Source: Actinomycetota bacterium (GTDB lineage Bacteria; Actinomycetota; Geothermincolia; Geothermincolales; RBG-13-55-18). Taken from it: a stretch of 64,000 nucleotides of DNA. The stretch is taken from the NCBI GenBank assembly GCA_013178005.1, contig JABLXL010000005.1, positions 1,544 through 65,543 of the forward strand, written 5' to 3'. The notes under the pieces are model-generated. The model was not told where the DNA came from and did no database searches. It saw only the letters and a list, made by a program, of their open reading frames with translations. Each line of letters opens with the position of its first letter. The first letter of the stretch is position 1. Below are positions 29,470 to 39,231 of the stretch, piece by piece. The position numbers and the translations under genes are program-made.

Positions 29470-30045
29470 ATGAAGAAGGCGTCTACGCTTCTGCTCTCGT
29501 CTTTGCTGGCCGTGTCGCTGGCTTTCGCCCTGGCCGGATGCGGGCAGAGCAGCGAGGACAAGGCCTTGAGGTTTATCGGCAGGGGCGACGCCAGCGCGTA
29601 CCGCATGGCCAGCGAGGGACAGAGGATGAGCGACGCCCTCCAGGAGTTCTTCGATGTCCTGCAGGGCCCCAACCCCCAGGCCATCGTGGAACCCGGCGGA
29701 CCCCTGGAAGAATACGAGGACGCCCGGGAGGAGATGTCCTCCTACGCCGCCAGGGCGGAAGCGGAGTTCCAAGGCGTGCTCGACCTGGGCGGCGTCGAGG
29801 AGGAGAAACAGTACGCCACCATGATGATCGAGGTGGCAAGCAAGACAAAGGAGTTGGCCGGCTTCGTGGAGGAGTGGTTCAACAAGGCCCTGGACGTGAT
29901 CAAGACCCTGGACGAGAAGAAGATCCGGTCCTACCTCACCGGCGACGAGTTCGAGGGCGGGCTCGCCGAGATAGACGAGATGAAATCAGAGATCGACAAG
30001 CTGGCCGGCAAAGCCAAGGACTACCGCCTGGAAAACGATTTTTAG
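29470..30045 (+). CDS. hypothetical lipoprotein
   Basis: Signal peptide plus lipobox LAGC with a GGGAGG RBS. Acidic and coiled body. Confidence 0.45.
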   Translation: MKKASTLLLSSLLAVSLAFALAGCGQSSEDKALRFIGRGDASAYRMASEGQRMSDALQEFFDVLQGPNPQAIVEPGGPLEEYEDAREEMSSYAARAEAEFQGVLDLGGVEEEKQYATMMIEVASKTKELAGFVEEWFNKALDVIKTLDEKKIRSYLTGDEFEGGLAEIDEMKSEIDKLAGKAKDYRLENDF

Positions 30046-30046
30046 C

Positions 30047-30874
30047 ATGCGGGGAAGGAGAACAGTGGTGTTGAGGGGGCTGCTTGCAGCGAGGGGCGGA
30101 AGGCGATGGGCGTTATTCGCGCAGCTCGCGGTGGCCTGCGCGCTCGTCGCCGCGCTCGCGGTCGGGCTCGCCTCCTGCGGAGGGGAAACCCCTACCGCGC
30201 GTGAACCCCAGGCCGAGGCCGAGGGCGGCGAGGGCGGGGTGAGGCTGCCCCCCGGCCTGAGCGAGGAGGACCTGGAGGGGCTGAACCTTCAGGACCTCGA
30301 GGGGGGCGCGGGGGGCTCCGCCGGCGGCGGGAGCGCGCAAGGGACGGAAGGCCGGGAGGCGCCCGATCCCGCGCGCACCGCCGAGATCTCCGGCGCGCGC
30401 TTCACCGTGGTCGACGTGACCAGGAACGACTCCAACAAGAAGGTCATCGCCTCCGGCCAGAGGGAAGTCCTCGGCGACTACCTGGAGGTGGAGCTGGCGG
30501 TGGAGAACGTGGGCGACGGCCTGGTCGATTTCTCCCAGTACTCCTTCCGCCTCGAGAGTCCCAGCATCCAGGCGGAGGACTACCGCTCCTATTACGGCGA
30601 CAACGGCGTCCTGGGAAAATATGTATCCGACCACACCATCTCCGCCGTCCTCCTGGATTACGCCGACCTCACGCCGGTGCTCTACAAGCTCAAGCGCAAG
30701 GAGGTCCTGGAGGGCGTCTTCCTCTTCTACGACCTCAACCCGCAGAGCGCGGAGGAGAACGCGGGCTTCACGGCCGACATCGCCGGCGGCCAGGCCTTCC
30801 TGGTCATCCACAAGGCGCGGGGAGAGGACGCCGGCGAGGAGGTAAGGATCGGGCTCGCCGGGCTCATGGATTGA
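30047..30874 (+). CDS. lipoprotein, DUF4352-like (typically partnered with MacB/FtsX-type ABC exporters)
   Basis: Lipobox LASCGG and a Gly/Glu-rich linker. The C-terminal beta-rich domain resembles DUF4352. Upstream start is uncertain. Confidence 0.45.
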   Translation: MRGRRTVVLRGLLAARGGRRWALFAQLAVACALVAALAVGLASCGGETPTAREPQAEAEGGEGGVRLPPGLSEEDLEGLNLQDLEGGAGGSAGGGSAQGTEGREAPDPARTAEISGARFTVVDVTRNDSNKKVIASGQREVLGDYLEVELAVENVGDGLVDFSQYSFRLESPSIQAEDYRSYYGDNGVLGKYVSDHTISAVLLDYADLTPVLYKLKRKEVLEGVFLFYDLNPQSAEENAGFTADIAGGQAFLVIHKARGEDAGEEVRIGLAGLMD

Positions 30875-30971
30875 GACCGGCGCGGGAGGCGGCTTACATG
30901 CGGTTGACGAAATGGGGCCCGGAAACGCCCTCCCTCCAGGCGGCCATCTCCGCGGAAAGGCGGCGGACATG

Positions 30972-32480
30972 CGCTCCATAAGGAGGGGGTTCAAGAGCTT
31001 CCGGCGCCACCCCGTGGGCAACCTCATCGTGGTCCTGCTCCTCTTCGTCTGCCTCACTTTCTCCCTCTCCATGCTGGTGGTGAGGCTGGCGGCGGAAAGC
31101 CAGGTCAGGAGCATCAAGCGCAGCGTGGGCAACTACGGCGAGGTGAGGGTGAGCTCGGAATATATCCTGGAGGTCTTCGAGCGGGAGCTGGAAAAGGGGG
31201 AACGCCAACGAAACCGCGAGGCCCGCAGCATGAACGAGGAGGAGGAGCTCGCGGACCGGGCGAAGTTCCACCTGCCGGAGGAGATCGCCGACGCCTTCTC
31301 CCGCCAGGAGCACATCCTCACCTACGACAAGGTGATGAACGCCGGGATCATCGTCCTCAACGCCGTTAACTCCGAGCTGGCCCCCCTGGCGCCCTACGCC
31401 ACCGACGCGGAGCTGGCGCGGCAGGGCATCGAGGGTCTGAACCGCCAGACGCTGAGCAACCTCTTCGTCTTCGAGGGCAACACCAACGGCGCCTCCGCCT
31501 CCGATTTCCTCAACGGGAGCAAGCGCCTGGTGGAGGGCTCCTTCTACACCTACCGGGATCACCTGGAGAAGAAACCGGTGGTGCTGGCGGAGAAGAACAT
31601 GGCCGAGGAGAACGACCTGGGGATCGGGGACACGGTGGAAGCGGTGGTGGTCCGCGGGAGCAGGAACAACCGCACCATGGAGCTCGAGATCATCGGGATC
31701 TACGAGACGGTGCTGGCGGAGCGCGACAGCGGGAGCATCCTCGATTACAACCCGGCCGGCAACAAGCTCTTCGCCCCCCTCTCCGTAGTGCAGGAGCTCA
31801 ACAGCATGCCGGGCTACGTGGAGTTGGGCTCCTACTACTTCGACGACGTGGACAGCACCGCCGCCCTCAAGGAGGCCTTCGAGCAGGAGTTCGCGGAAGG
31901 GAACAGGTACGAGTTCCTCACCGACTTCTCCGATTACGAGAAGATCTCCGAGCCCCTGGAAAAGGTTGGCAAGACTTCCCTTATCGGCCTGGCGGGCGCC
32001 CTGGGAGCCTGCGCCCTCATCATCCTCCTGGCCATGGCCATCATCATCGGCGGCAGGACCAGGGAGCTGGGGGTGCTCAAGGCTATCGGCGCCACCGGGC
32101 GCCAGGTCATCCTGCAGTATGCAGCAGAGGTGACATGCATCTGCCTGGTGTCGGTGATCCTCGCCACCGGGGCCACCGTGCTCATCAGCCAGGGCATCGG
32201 CAACTGGCTCCTCTCCAGCAGCACGGAGCAGAAGGTGGAGGAGAAGGAGACGAGGGCGTACACCGGCAACTACCTCTCCGATCGCAAGCTGTACAAGGAG
32301 GGAGGGCTCTATTCCCCCGCGTCCGAGGAGGAGGAAGCGGTTAACCTCAACGTCATCTACCAGGGCGACCTGCTCGTCTACGGCATCCTCATCCTGCTGG
32401 GGATAAGCCTGCTGGGGATGGCGGTCCCGGTGATCTGGATAACCAGGCTCAGGCCGGCGCGGGTCCTGAGCATGGAATAA
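30972..32480 (+). CDS. ABC transporter permease, FtsX/MacB-like (4 TM plus a large periplasmic domain)
   Basis: N-terminal TM, a long extracytoplasmic domain and a C-terminal FtsX-like 3-TM bundle (GVLKAIGATGRQV). Confidence 0.75.
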   Translation, partial: RSIRRGFKSFRRHPVGNLIVVLLLFVCLTFSLSMLVVRLAAESQVRSIKRSVGNYGEVRVSSEYILEVFERELEKGERQRNREARSMNEEEELADRAKFHLPEEIADAFSRQEHILTYDKVMNAGIIVLNAVNSELAPLAPYATDAELARQGIEGLNRQTLSNLFVFEGNTNGASASDFLNGSKRLVEGSFYTYRDHLEKKPVVLAEKNMAEENDLGIGDTVEAVVVRGSRNNRTMELEIIGIYETVLAERDSGSILDYNPAGNKLFAPLSVVQELNSMPGYVELGSYYFDDVDSTAALKEAFEQEFAEGNRYEFLTDFSDYEKISEPLEKVGKTSLIGLAGALGACALIILLAMAIIIGGRTRELGVLKAIGATGRQVILQYAAEVTCICLVSVILATGATVLISQGIGNWLLSSSTEQKVEEKETRAYTGNYLSDRKLYKEGGLYSPASEEEEAVNLNVIYQGDLLVYGILILLGISLLGMAVPVIWITRLRPARVLSME

Positions 32481-32494
32481 GGGGAGACGCGCGC

Positions 32495-33184
32495 ATGGAA
32501 AACGCGCTGCAGGTAAAAAACCTGAGCAAGACCTTCAAGGCCAAGGCGGGGGACGTCGTCGCCGTGGACGGGGTGAGCTTCGAGGCGCGCAAGGGCGAGG
32601 TGACGGTGATCGTGGGCCCCTCGGGCTCGGGCAAGACCACCCTGCTCTACCTCATCGGCTCCCTGGAAAGCCCCGACCGGGGCGAGATACGCGTCTTCGG
32701 CGAGGACATCGCCACCTCCGGCGCCGACCTCATCCAGTACCGCAGGGTCAGGGTGGGCTTCGTCTTCCAGTTCTTCAACCTCATCTCCGCCCTGACCGCG
32801 CTGGAAAACGTCACCCTGCCCATGGACCTGAGGGCCGTGCCCGCCGGGGAGCAGCGCGCCAGGGCGGTCGAGCTCCTAGAAAGGATGGGCATCGACGCCA
32901 GGCTGCAGCGGACAAAAGCCAACCGCATGAGCGGCGGCGAGAAGCAGCGGGTGGCCATCGCCAGGGCCATGGCCAACGACCCCGACATCATCCTCGCCGA
33001 CGAGCCAACTGGGAACCTGGACTCGGCCACCGGGCGCGTGGTGGTGGACATCCTGGTCAAGCTGGCGCGCGAGGACGGGAAATGCGTGATCATCGTCACC
33101 CACGACGAGAGCATCCTGGAGGTCGCCGACCGCGCCTTCCACATGATGGACGGGAAGCTCACCGACCACAACAGGGACGGCTGA
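32495..33184 (+). CDS. ABC transporter ATP-binding protein (MacB/LolD-type)
   Basis: Walker A GPSGSGKTT, Q-loop, signature MSGGEKQR, Walker B ILADEPT and H-loop. Confidence 0.85.
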   Translation: MENALQVKNLSKTFKAKAGDVVAVDGVSFEARKGEVTVIVGPSGSGKTTLLYLIGSLESPDRGEIRVFGEDIATSGADLIQYRRVRVGFVFQFFNLISALTALENVTLPMDLRAVPAGEQRARAVELLERMGIDARLQRTKANRMSGGEKQRVAIARAMANDPDIILADEPTGNLDSATGRVVVDILVKLAREDGKCVIIVTHDESILEVADRAFHMMDGKLTDHNRDG

Positions 33185-33280
33185 GCGGGCGCGGGACGGG
33201 GGCTCGAGCGCGCGCAGCAAAGGGGCGTGAGTCGGCGCCGCGACGGGCGTTTCCTCGAGGCTATCGAGAAGTGACCATAG

Positions 33281-33425
33281 TCCTTAGGCCGGGCCTCAGA
33301 CCTGAATAGGCCCTCGATTCGAATTCCGGGCCTGACCCCCGGACCTCAGGCCGATGGCCAGCCCTGACCCCCAGGCCACGGGCCTCAGGCCGATGGCCAG
33401 CCCTGACCCCAAGGCCTGAGGGGAA
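33281..33425. repeat. cluster of REP-like repeats (variants of GGCCGATGGCCAGCCCTGACCCC), at least two full copies
   Basis: Same family as the units flanking the RAYT element, about 4 kb away. They lie immediately upstream of a truncated-looking GyrI-like ORF. Confidence 0.7.
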
Positions 33426-33440
33426 GGCCTGTCCTATATA

Positions 33441-33773
33441 ATGTTCCTGGTCCGTTTATTGGCCGGCATGTCCGAGAATGGAGTCAGGAGGCAGGAGATG
33501 AGACCGCTGGAGCCACCGCGAGAGATAGTGGAGATGGCCGAGACGGGAGAGGTGGCGGTGAAGACGGTGCCCGCCACCGAGGTGGCTTACCTGGTGCACA
33601 AGGGACCGCACTCCGGGGTGCAGGACGCCCAGTTCAAGCTGATGCGCTGGATAGCCGAGAACGGATACGAACTCATGGGGCCGGGGGTCGCCATCTTCCA
33701 TAACGACCTCATCATGGTGAAGGACGAGGCGGAACTCATCACCGAGCTGCAGTTCCCGGTGCGCAAGAAGTAA
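33441..33773 (+). CDS. GyrI-like (SbmC/AraC effector-binding) half-domain protein, possibly truncated
   Basis: The C-terminal 80 aa match one GyrI-like repeat (VAYLVHKGPH...NGYELMGPGVAIFHND...ITELQFPV). A real start further downstream (about 33498) is possible. Confidence 0.4.
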   Translation: MFLVRLLAGMSENGVRRQEMRPLEPPREIVEMAETGEVAVKTVPATEVAYLVHKGPHSGVQDAQFKLMRWIAENGYELMGPGVAIFHNDLIMVKDEAELITELQFPVRKK

Positions 33774-33831
33774 CTTCTGCGGGAGAGGGCCAGTCTACGG
33801 ACACGGGCGCACCGGCAACGAGGAGGGCGCC

Positions 33832-35067
33832 ATGGCGATGAGGGGGTTTGCCGCAACGGCGCTTTCAGCCATCCTCTTCCTCGCCCTGGCCTGCGGCTGC
33901 GGCGGGCAGAAGCAGGCGGTGGAAGAAGAGCCGCGGGACGAGTATGCCCAGGTTCCCGAGGAGTATCGGGACATCTACGTGGAGCTGGAAGCCAAGCTCT
34001 CCGAACTCAACCGCCACCTCGACGAGGTACAGGCCGGCGAGACGCGGGATACCGTCTTCAGTGTCGAGCTCGTCACCGCCAACGCCAACCGGGGCGAGAG
34101 CCTGCTGGAGCCCATGACCCTGCACGCCATCGCGAAGACCCTCGACCGCCTCCAGGACATAGGTGTGACGGGGATAACCCTGAGCGTCAACTACCCCTTG
34201 CTTAACGCCGATTTTCCCCGCTCGCCGGAATACATCGATTTCTATCGCCGGGTCGCGACGATGGTGAAAGCGCGCGGCTTCGCCCTGATCGTGGAGACCA
34301 CCACCGTCTTCCCCAACCCCGAGATATCCGGCCTGGGAGTGGACTACGCGGGGCTCACCCTCGACCAATACATCAGCGGCAAGCGGGCCATGGCCGAGAC
34401 CATCATCAGGGAACTCGCGCCCGACTACCTCACGGTGGAGAACGAGCCCGGGACCCAGCGGTCCAACACCGGACTCGATCTCTCGGTGGCGAACCAGACC
34501 GCGGTGGTGAACGGCATCCTGTCGGGCCTCGACCGCTCCGGGACGAGGATCGGCGCCGGGGCCGGGTCCTGGGATAACCTCGCGTATTTCGAGAGCCTCG
34601 CCGCCAACACCTCCCTGGACTACCTGGACGTCCACTTCTACCCCATCCAGGGCGACCTGGTGATCGACCGCGCGGAGCGCATCGCCGAAATCGCCCGCTC
34701 CGGCAGCAAGGACATGGCCGTGAGCGAGTGCTGGCTGTACAAGGCGTCGAGCGCGGAGCTGGCCTCCGGCCAGGACATCGCCACGGCCGCCGACACCTTC
34801 GCCCGCGACGCCTATGGCTTCTGGGCCCCTCTGGACCAGGACTTCCTGGAGGTGATGGTCAAGCTCTCCCGCCATCTGGAGCTGGAGTTCATGTCGCCGT
34901 TCTGGATGCAGTACCTCTTCGCGTACCTGGATTACGATCCCGCCATGGCGGAGCAAGGGTACGCCTGGGTGCAGAAGTCGGTCGCCAACAGGACCCGGAT
35001 CGAGATACAGGCAGGCAACCTCTCGCCCACGGGTGAGGCCTACCGCGACCTCATCTCCGGCGACTGA
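33832..35067 (+). CDS. secreted lipoprotein, TIM-barrel glycoside-hydrolase-like (GH-A clan; NEP acid/base motif)
   Basis: Signal peptide plus lipobox LACGCGG. LTVENEPG resembles the GH5-type catalytic acid motif. Confidence 0.45.
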   Translation: MAMRGFAATALSAILFLALACGCGGQKQAVEEEPRDEYAQVPEEYRDIYVELEAKLSELNRHLDEVQAGETRDTVFSVELVTANANRGESLLEPMTLHAIAKTLDRLQDIGVTGITLSVNYPLLNADFPRSPEYIDFYRRVATMVKARGFALIVETTTVFPNPEISGLGVDYAGLTLDQYISGKRAMAETIIRELAPDYLTVENEPGTQRSNTGLDLSVANQTAVVNGILSGLDRSGTRIGAGAGSWDNLAYFESLAANTSLDYLDVHFYPIQGDLVIDRAERIAEIARSGSKDMAVSECWLYKASSAELASGQDIATAADTFARDAYGFWAPLDQDFLEVMVKLSRHLELEFMSPFWMQYLFAYLDYDPAMAEQGYAWVQKSVANRTRIEIQAGNLSPTGEAYRDLISGD

Positions 35068-35311
35068 TTCCGCACAACGGAGCGCGTGGGCCACCAGGCG
35101 CCGAGGAAACGGGTTCACGTTCCAGGTCTGCTGCTTTTTTTACGTCGCTCGCTTCGCTTGGGGCGAGGTATCAATGTTGAAATGTGAGCGGACTTCATGA
35201 CCATGCAACGTCCGCCTCACGTGACATATAACGCAGCATTTGCTCCCGAGAGTTTTACGTGCATTCTAGGGAGCATCTCTTATGCGCCCATTTCTACATG
35301 GACAGTTTCTG

Positions 35312-35639
35312 CTAATAAACTTGTGAGTCTATCCAGTCTTCGAATCTCATCGGTATGTATTCAAGTTCGATATCGGGAGACCTTCCGCTAACAATACGAC
35401 TGAGGAACTCGAAGTAGGCCTTTTCGTCTGGATTAATAAACCTGAATTTCTTTTCGCCCGACGCCCCTCTCGCCTTCCTGGATTGCTCTAAAGCACTCCT
35501 CATCATCGCCCAGATTACTATCGATCAGCCTGGATACCCTCGCTTTTTTCATCATCTCGGGGAACAACCCGGCAACCGTGGGGATGCCCAGATGAGCCGA
35601 GAAGCCGGCGCCGATGATGTAAACCCGCTTATCCGCCAT
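35312..35639 (-). pseudogene. frameshifted N-terminal remnant of a Rossmann-type gene (SIR2-like or FAD/NAD-binding; GAGFS...GIP motif) in a low-GC patch
   Basis: Two overlapping short ORFs in different frames (35433..35639 and 35312..35506). MADKRVYIIGAGFSAHLGIPTVAGLF resembles the N-terminus of SIR2-like or dinucleotide-binding proteins. Local GC is well below the window average. Confidence 0.35.
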
Positions 35640-35842
35640 CCTGAATCGTCTCCTCGCCTTTTCCTTTCCGCCTCAACCGGCTGCTTTCCGTATTCTTCCT
35701 ATGCTTGATCCGATAATAGGCTCTTCCAATGACAAAAAACATCGAGCAGATAATCGTACAAACAGCCACGGCCCATGTGATAGACTCACATTACCTGGCA
35801 TAGAACAAGGGCGTGCAAGCGTAGAGTCACGGAGGTGGAATC

Positions 35843-37891
35843 ATGGGCTGGACCATCGCGATCATCGTCATCGCACTCATCCTTCTTCTCGTCCTGCCGT
35901 CTTTCCGGCGCATCGGGCCCACGCAGGTGGGGCTGGTCATCAAGCGCTTCTCCTTCAAGAAGCTCTCGGAGGACAACCCCATCGCCTTCCGGGGCGAGGC
36001 AGGCTACCAGGCCGAGCTGCTCATGCCCGGCCTTCGCTTCAAGTTCTGGATCCTCTACCGCGTGGAGAAGTACCCCTGGGTGCAGGTGCCCGCGGGGGAG
36101 ATCGGGGTGGTCATCGCCCAGGTGGGACAGCCCCTTCCCATCGGCGCCAAGTCGGCCGTTTACAAGAAGGAATTCGGCAACTTCACCGACCTCGCCAGCT
36201 TCATCGCCAACGGCGGCCAGAAGGGCGTGCAGCGCCCGGTCCTTCCCCCGGGCACCATGATCCCCATCCACCCCGTGGCCTTCCTGGTGGTGACCAAGAA
36301 CCAGGTCTACGGCGTGCCGGTGTCCCCCGAGCTGAGGGAACTGGCGGGCCGAGACGGAATCCTCACTCCTGAATCCTTCGGTCTGCTCCCCCACCACCTC
36401 GACCTGGTGCGCATCTCCCCCCAGCCCAGCCCTAGCGGCGGGCACCTCATCGACATGGTGGGCATCGTCACCACTTACGAGGGTGACCCCCTGCCCTCGG
36501 GGGCCATCGCCAGCCGCCTGGGTGCCTTCGAGGACATCGCGGAGATGGAGGCCGCCGGGGCAAGCGACCTGGAGCTCATCGAGGCCCTGCTGGGGAGCAA
36601 GAACAACCTGCACAACAACTACCAGGATTTCCAGGCCTTCCTGGACAACGGGGGCAAGATCGGCCTGCAGCACGACCCCCTGCTCTACGGCGCCTACGCC
36701 CTCAACCCCTTCCTGGTGGGGGTGGAGCTGGTGCCAATGCTGGTGGTGGAGCAAGGGCAGGTGGCGGTGATCAAGGCCTACGTCGGACTATCCACCGTGG
36801 ACACCTCGGGAGTGGAGTTCAAGTTCGGCTCCCTGGTGCGGCCGGGCCACCGCGGCATCTGGCAGGAGCCCCTGCGCACCGGCAAGTACCCCATCAATCC
36901 CAGGGTTTACCAGGCGGAGATCGTTCCCACCGCCATCCTCACCCTCAACTGGGCCGAGGCCACCTCCGAGGCCCACCTCCTGGACCGCCAGCTCAAGCAG
37001 ATCGTGGCCAAGTCCCGCGAGGGCTTCATCTTCGCCATCGACCTGCAGGTGCAGATCCACGTCCCCGACACCCGCGCCCCCAAGGTCATCTCCATGGTGG
37101 GCACCATGCAGAACCTGGTCAACGAGGTGCTGCAGGCCGCGGTGGGCAACCACTTCCGCGACAAGCTGCAGTCCATGCAGGCGGTGCAGTTCATCGAGAC
37201 TCGCCAGCAGGTGCAGGAGGAGGCCTACGAGCACATCCGCGCCAAGCTGGACGACTACCAGGTGGAGACCAAGGGGGTTTATATCCAGGATGTGGTCTTC
37301 CCGCCCGACCTTGTGCGCGTGCTCACGGAGCGGGAGATCGCCCGCCAGGAGATCGAGACCTTCCAGAAGCAGAAGGACGCCCAGATCCAGCGCATCGAGA
37401 CCGAGCAAGCCAAGGGCACCGCGGACATGCAGGCGGAGCTGGCCAAGTCCAAGGTAGGTGTGGACATCAAGATCAACAACGCCAACGCGCGCAAGGCGGA
37501 GGCCGACGGCGAGGCCTACTATATCAGCGAGACCGGCGCCGCCAAGGGAGCGGAGGTGGAGGCGGTGGGCATGGCCCGCGCCAAGGCCTACAAGGCCCAG
37601 GTGGAAGCGCTGGGGCAGGGCCCCACCGCCCTGGTGAACTCCGTGGACGCGCTCTCCAGAAGCGGGGTCTCCTTCGTGCCCCAGATCCTGGTGGCGGGAG
37701 GAGGCAACGGCGGGGTGCTGGAGGCCCTCGCCGCCCAGATCATGGGGGCCGTGGCCCGCGGGGGAGGCGGGGCCGCCGTGGCGCCGGACGCGTCCGGTGA
37801 GCCCGGCGGCGGCGAGCCCGGCGGCGGCGAGCCCGCGGCGGGAACGGTCCCGGCGCCCCCGCCGCCCGGGGAGGAAGGCCCCCAGGAGTAG
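35843..37891 (+). CDS. SPFH/band-7 domain protein, flotillin-like (N-terminal TM, SPFH domain, long EA-rich coiled coil, Gly/Pro-rich tail)
   Basis: N-terminal TM helix, SPFH domain core, and a flotillin-type coiled-coil (ARQEIETFQKQKDAQIQRIETEQAKG...). Confidence 0.7.
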   Translation: MGWTIAIIVIALILLLVLPSFRRIGPTQVGLVIKRFSFKKLSEDNPIAFRGEAGYQAELLMPGLRFKFWILYRVEKYPWVQVPAGEIGVVIAQVGQPLPIGAKSAVYKKEFGNFTDLASFIANGGQKGVQRPVLPPGTMIPIHPVAFLVVTKNQVYGVPVSPELRELAGRDGILTPESFGLLPHHLDLVRISPQPSPSGGHLIDMVGIVTTYEGDPLPSGAIASRLGAFEDIAEMEAAGASDLELIEALLGSKNNLHNNYQDFQAFLDNGGKIGLQHDPLLYGAYALNPFLVGVELVPMLVVEQGQVAVIKAYVGLSTVDTSGVEFKFGSLVRPGHRGIWQEPLRTGKYPINPRVYQAEIVPTAILTLNWAEATSEAHLLDRQLKQIVAKSREGFIFAIDLQVQIHVPDTRAPKVISMVGTMQNLVNEVLQAAVGNHFRDKLQSMQAVQFIETRQQVQEEAYEHIRAKLDDYQVETKGVYIQDVVFPPDLVRVLTEREIARQEIETFQKQKDAQIQRIETEQAKGTADMQAELAKSKVGVDIKINNANARKAEADGEAYYISETGAAKGAEVEAVGMARAKAYKAQVEALGQGPTALVNSVDALSRSGVSFVPQILVAGGGNGGVLEALAAQIMGAVARGGGGAAVAPDASGEPGGGEPGGGEPAAGTVPAPPPPGEEGPQE

Positions 37892-37989
37892 GACGACCGC
37901 CCGGGGGTAAGGTGAGAACCGCGATTTGTACGGGAGACGGCCGTTATTCTATGCCTGGAAAGATTTGCCAGGCCCTCAGCTTCGGGCTT

Positions 37990-38470
37990 TCGGGCTTGGC
38001 CTACTCCCCGGCTACATCCGTTATCGGCCCGGGCCGGGCTGGCGGGCAAGAGCTGAAAACACGGGAAGGGCGGCCCTTGTTTCGTGACTTAAACGGAATT
38101 CCAGCCCACTGGCTCTGGGCTTTATCAACCCCTCGGCCACGTCCTCGTTCACCCGGGCCGGGCCGTGGGGCAAAAGTTGAAACATGGGAAGGGCGGCCCT
38201 TGTTTCGTGACTGGAACGGATTTACCAACCACCCGGCTTCGGGCTTGATCTGCCCCTCGGCTATATTCGTCATCAGCCCGAGCCGGGCCGGCGGGCGGAG
38301 ATGGGGAGCCTCCAGTCGCGGCCGAAGGCGCGGGGGGTGATCTTTATCCCCACCGGGGCCTGGCGGCGCTTGTACTCGTTGGCGTCCACGCGCCGCACCA
38401 CCTCCTCCACCAGCGCGCGGTCGTTCCCCGAGGCGGCCATCTCCTCCACCGCGAAGCAGTCCTCGATACC
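37990..38470. repeat. left copy of a roughly 480-bp duplicated block: tandem ~125-bp structured sub-repeats plus a pseudo-copy of the nadE 3' end
   Basis: 38282-38470 matches 40360-40550 (the nadE 3' end); near-identical for about 95 bp, then diverging. Preceded by units ending ...GGGCCGGGC(T)GGCGGGC-AAGAGCTGAAAACA-GGGAAGGGCGGCCCTTGTTTC. Confidence 0.8.
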
Positions 38471-38591
38471 GGATATCGTTTATGTATCTACGTTTACTTA
38501 AGGGCTTGCAATACCATATGATGTGGACGCAGGCTAGAGCTGCGCTAGCAGATGGCGGTGAAGATAATTCTTCTCGTGGCCATCCTCGCTC

Positions 38592-38942
38592 TCACTCAAA
38601 ATGAGCACTGTCTTCCAGCAGCCTGCGGCAAGACGACTCTAGCGGCCCAAGTTTGTTCTGCACCACATCCCAGATCACCGGAAGGCTGACCCCGAAATAT
38701 TCATGGGCGAGGATGTTCCTTAAACCGGCGATCTTGCGCCACTCGATCTCGCCAGCCGCATTTTTCATCTTTTCGGGCAACCGGCCCGCAGCTTCCCCGA
38801 TGATCTCAAGGTTGCGAACCACTGCATCCTGGGTCTTGCGATCTCTGGAAAAGGCTTCGTAATCCATCGAAGCGGTATATTCCCGCACCTGATATATCGC
38901 ATCAAGGATGTCGTCCAGGAACAGCCGAGGATCTCTAGGCAT
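38592..38942 (-). CDS. hepT: HepT-family (DUF86) HEPN RNase toxin
   Basis: Rx4HxY motif (RNILAHEY). 116 aa. Overlaps the upstream MNT gene by 8 nt. The locus is low-GC. Confidence 0.8.
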   Translation of the reverse strand: MPRDPRLFLDDILDAIYQVREYTASMDYEAFSRDRKTQDAVVRNLEIIGEAAGRLPEKMKNAAGEIEWRKIAGLRNILAHEYFGVSLPVIWDVVQNKLGPLESSCRRLLEDSAHFE

Positions 38943-39231
38943 AGATCGCCTCTTTTTCGATGATTGGCTTAAGCCGAGGCTTTATGCTGTCTGCCATTAC
39001 CAGGTCCACTTGTCGCTGAAGCATCTCTTCCAGTTCGAATTTGAGCTCCATATAGTTATCGAATGTCGGTTCTGCCAGCTCGACGATGATATCTATGTCG
39101 CTATCTTGTTTTTCATCCCCCCTGGCATACGAACCAAAAATGCCGATGCGCTCTACGCTAAACCGTTCGGCCAGTTCCGGAAGCGCCGCGGCGATTTTCT
39201 GTAAAATCTCCTGGGCTCTCTTGCAACACAT
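38935..39231 (-). CDS. mntA: MNT-family nucleotidyltransferase antitoxin
   Basis: GSxxRG...DxD Pol-beta-type nucleotidyltransferase motif (GSYARGDEKQDSDIDI). Confidence 0.8.
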   Translation of the reverse strand: MCCKRAQEILQKIAAALPELAERFSVERIGIFGSYARGDEKQDSDIDIIVELAEPTFDNYMELKFELEEMLQRQVDLVMADSIKPRLKPIIEKEAIYA

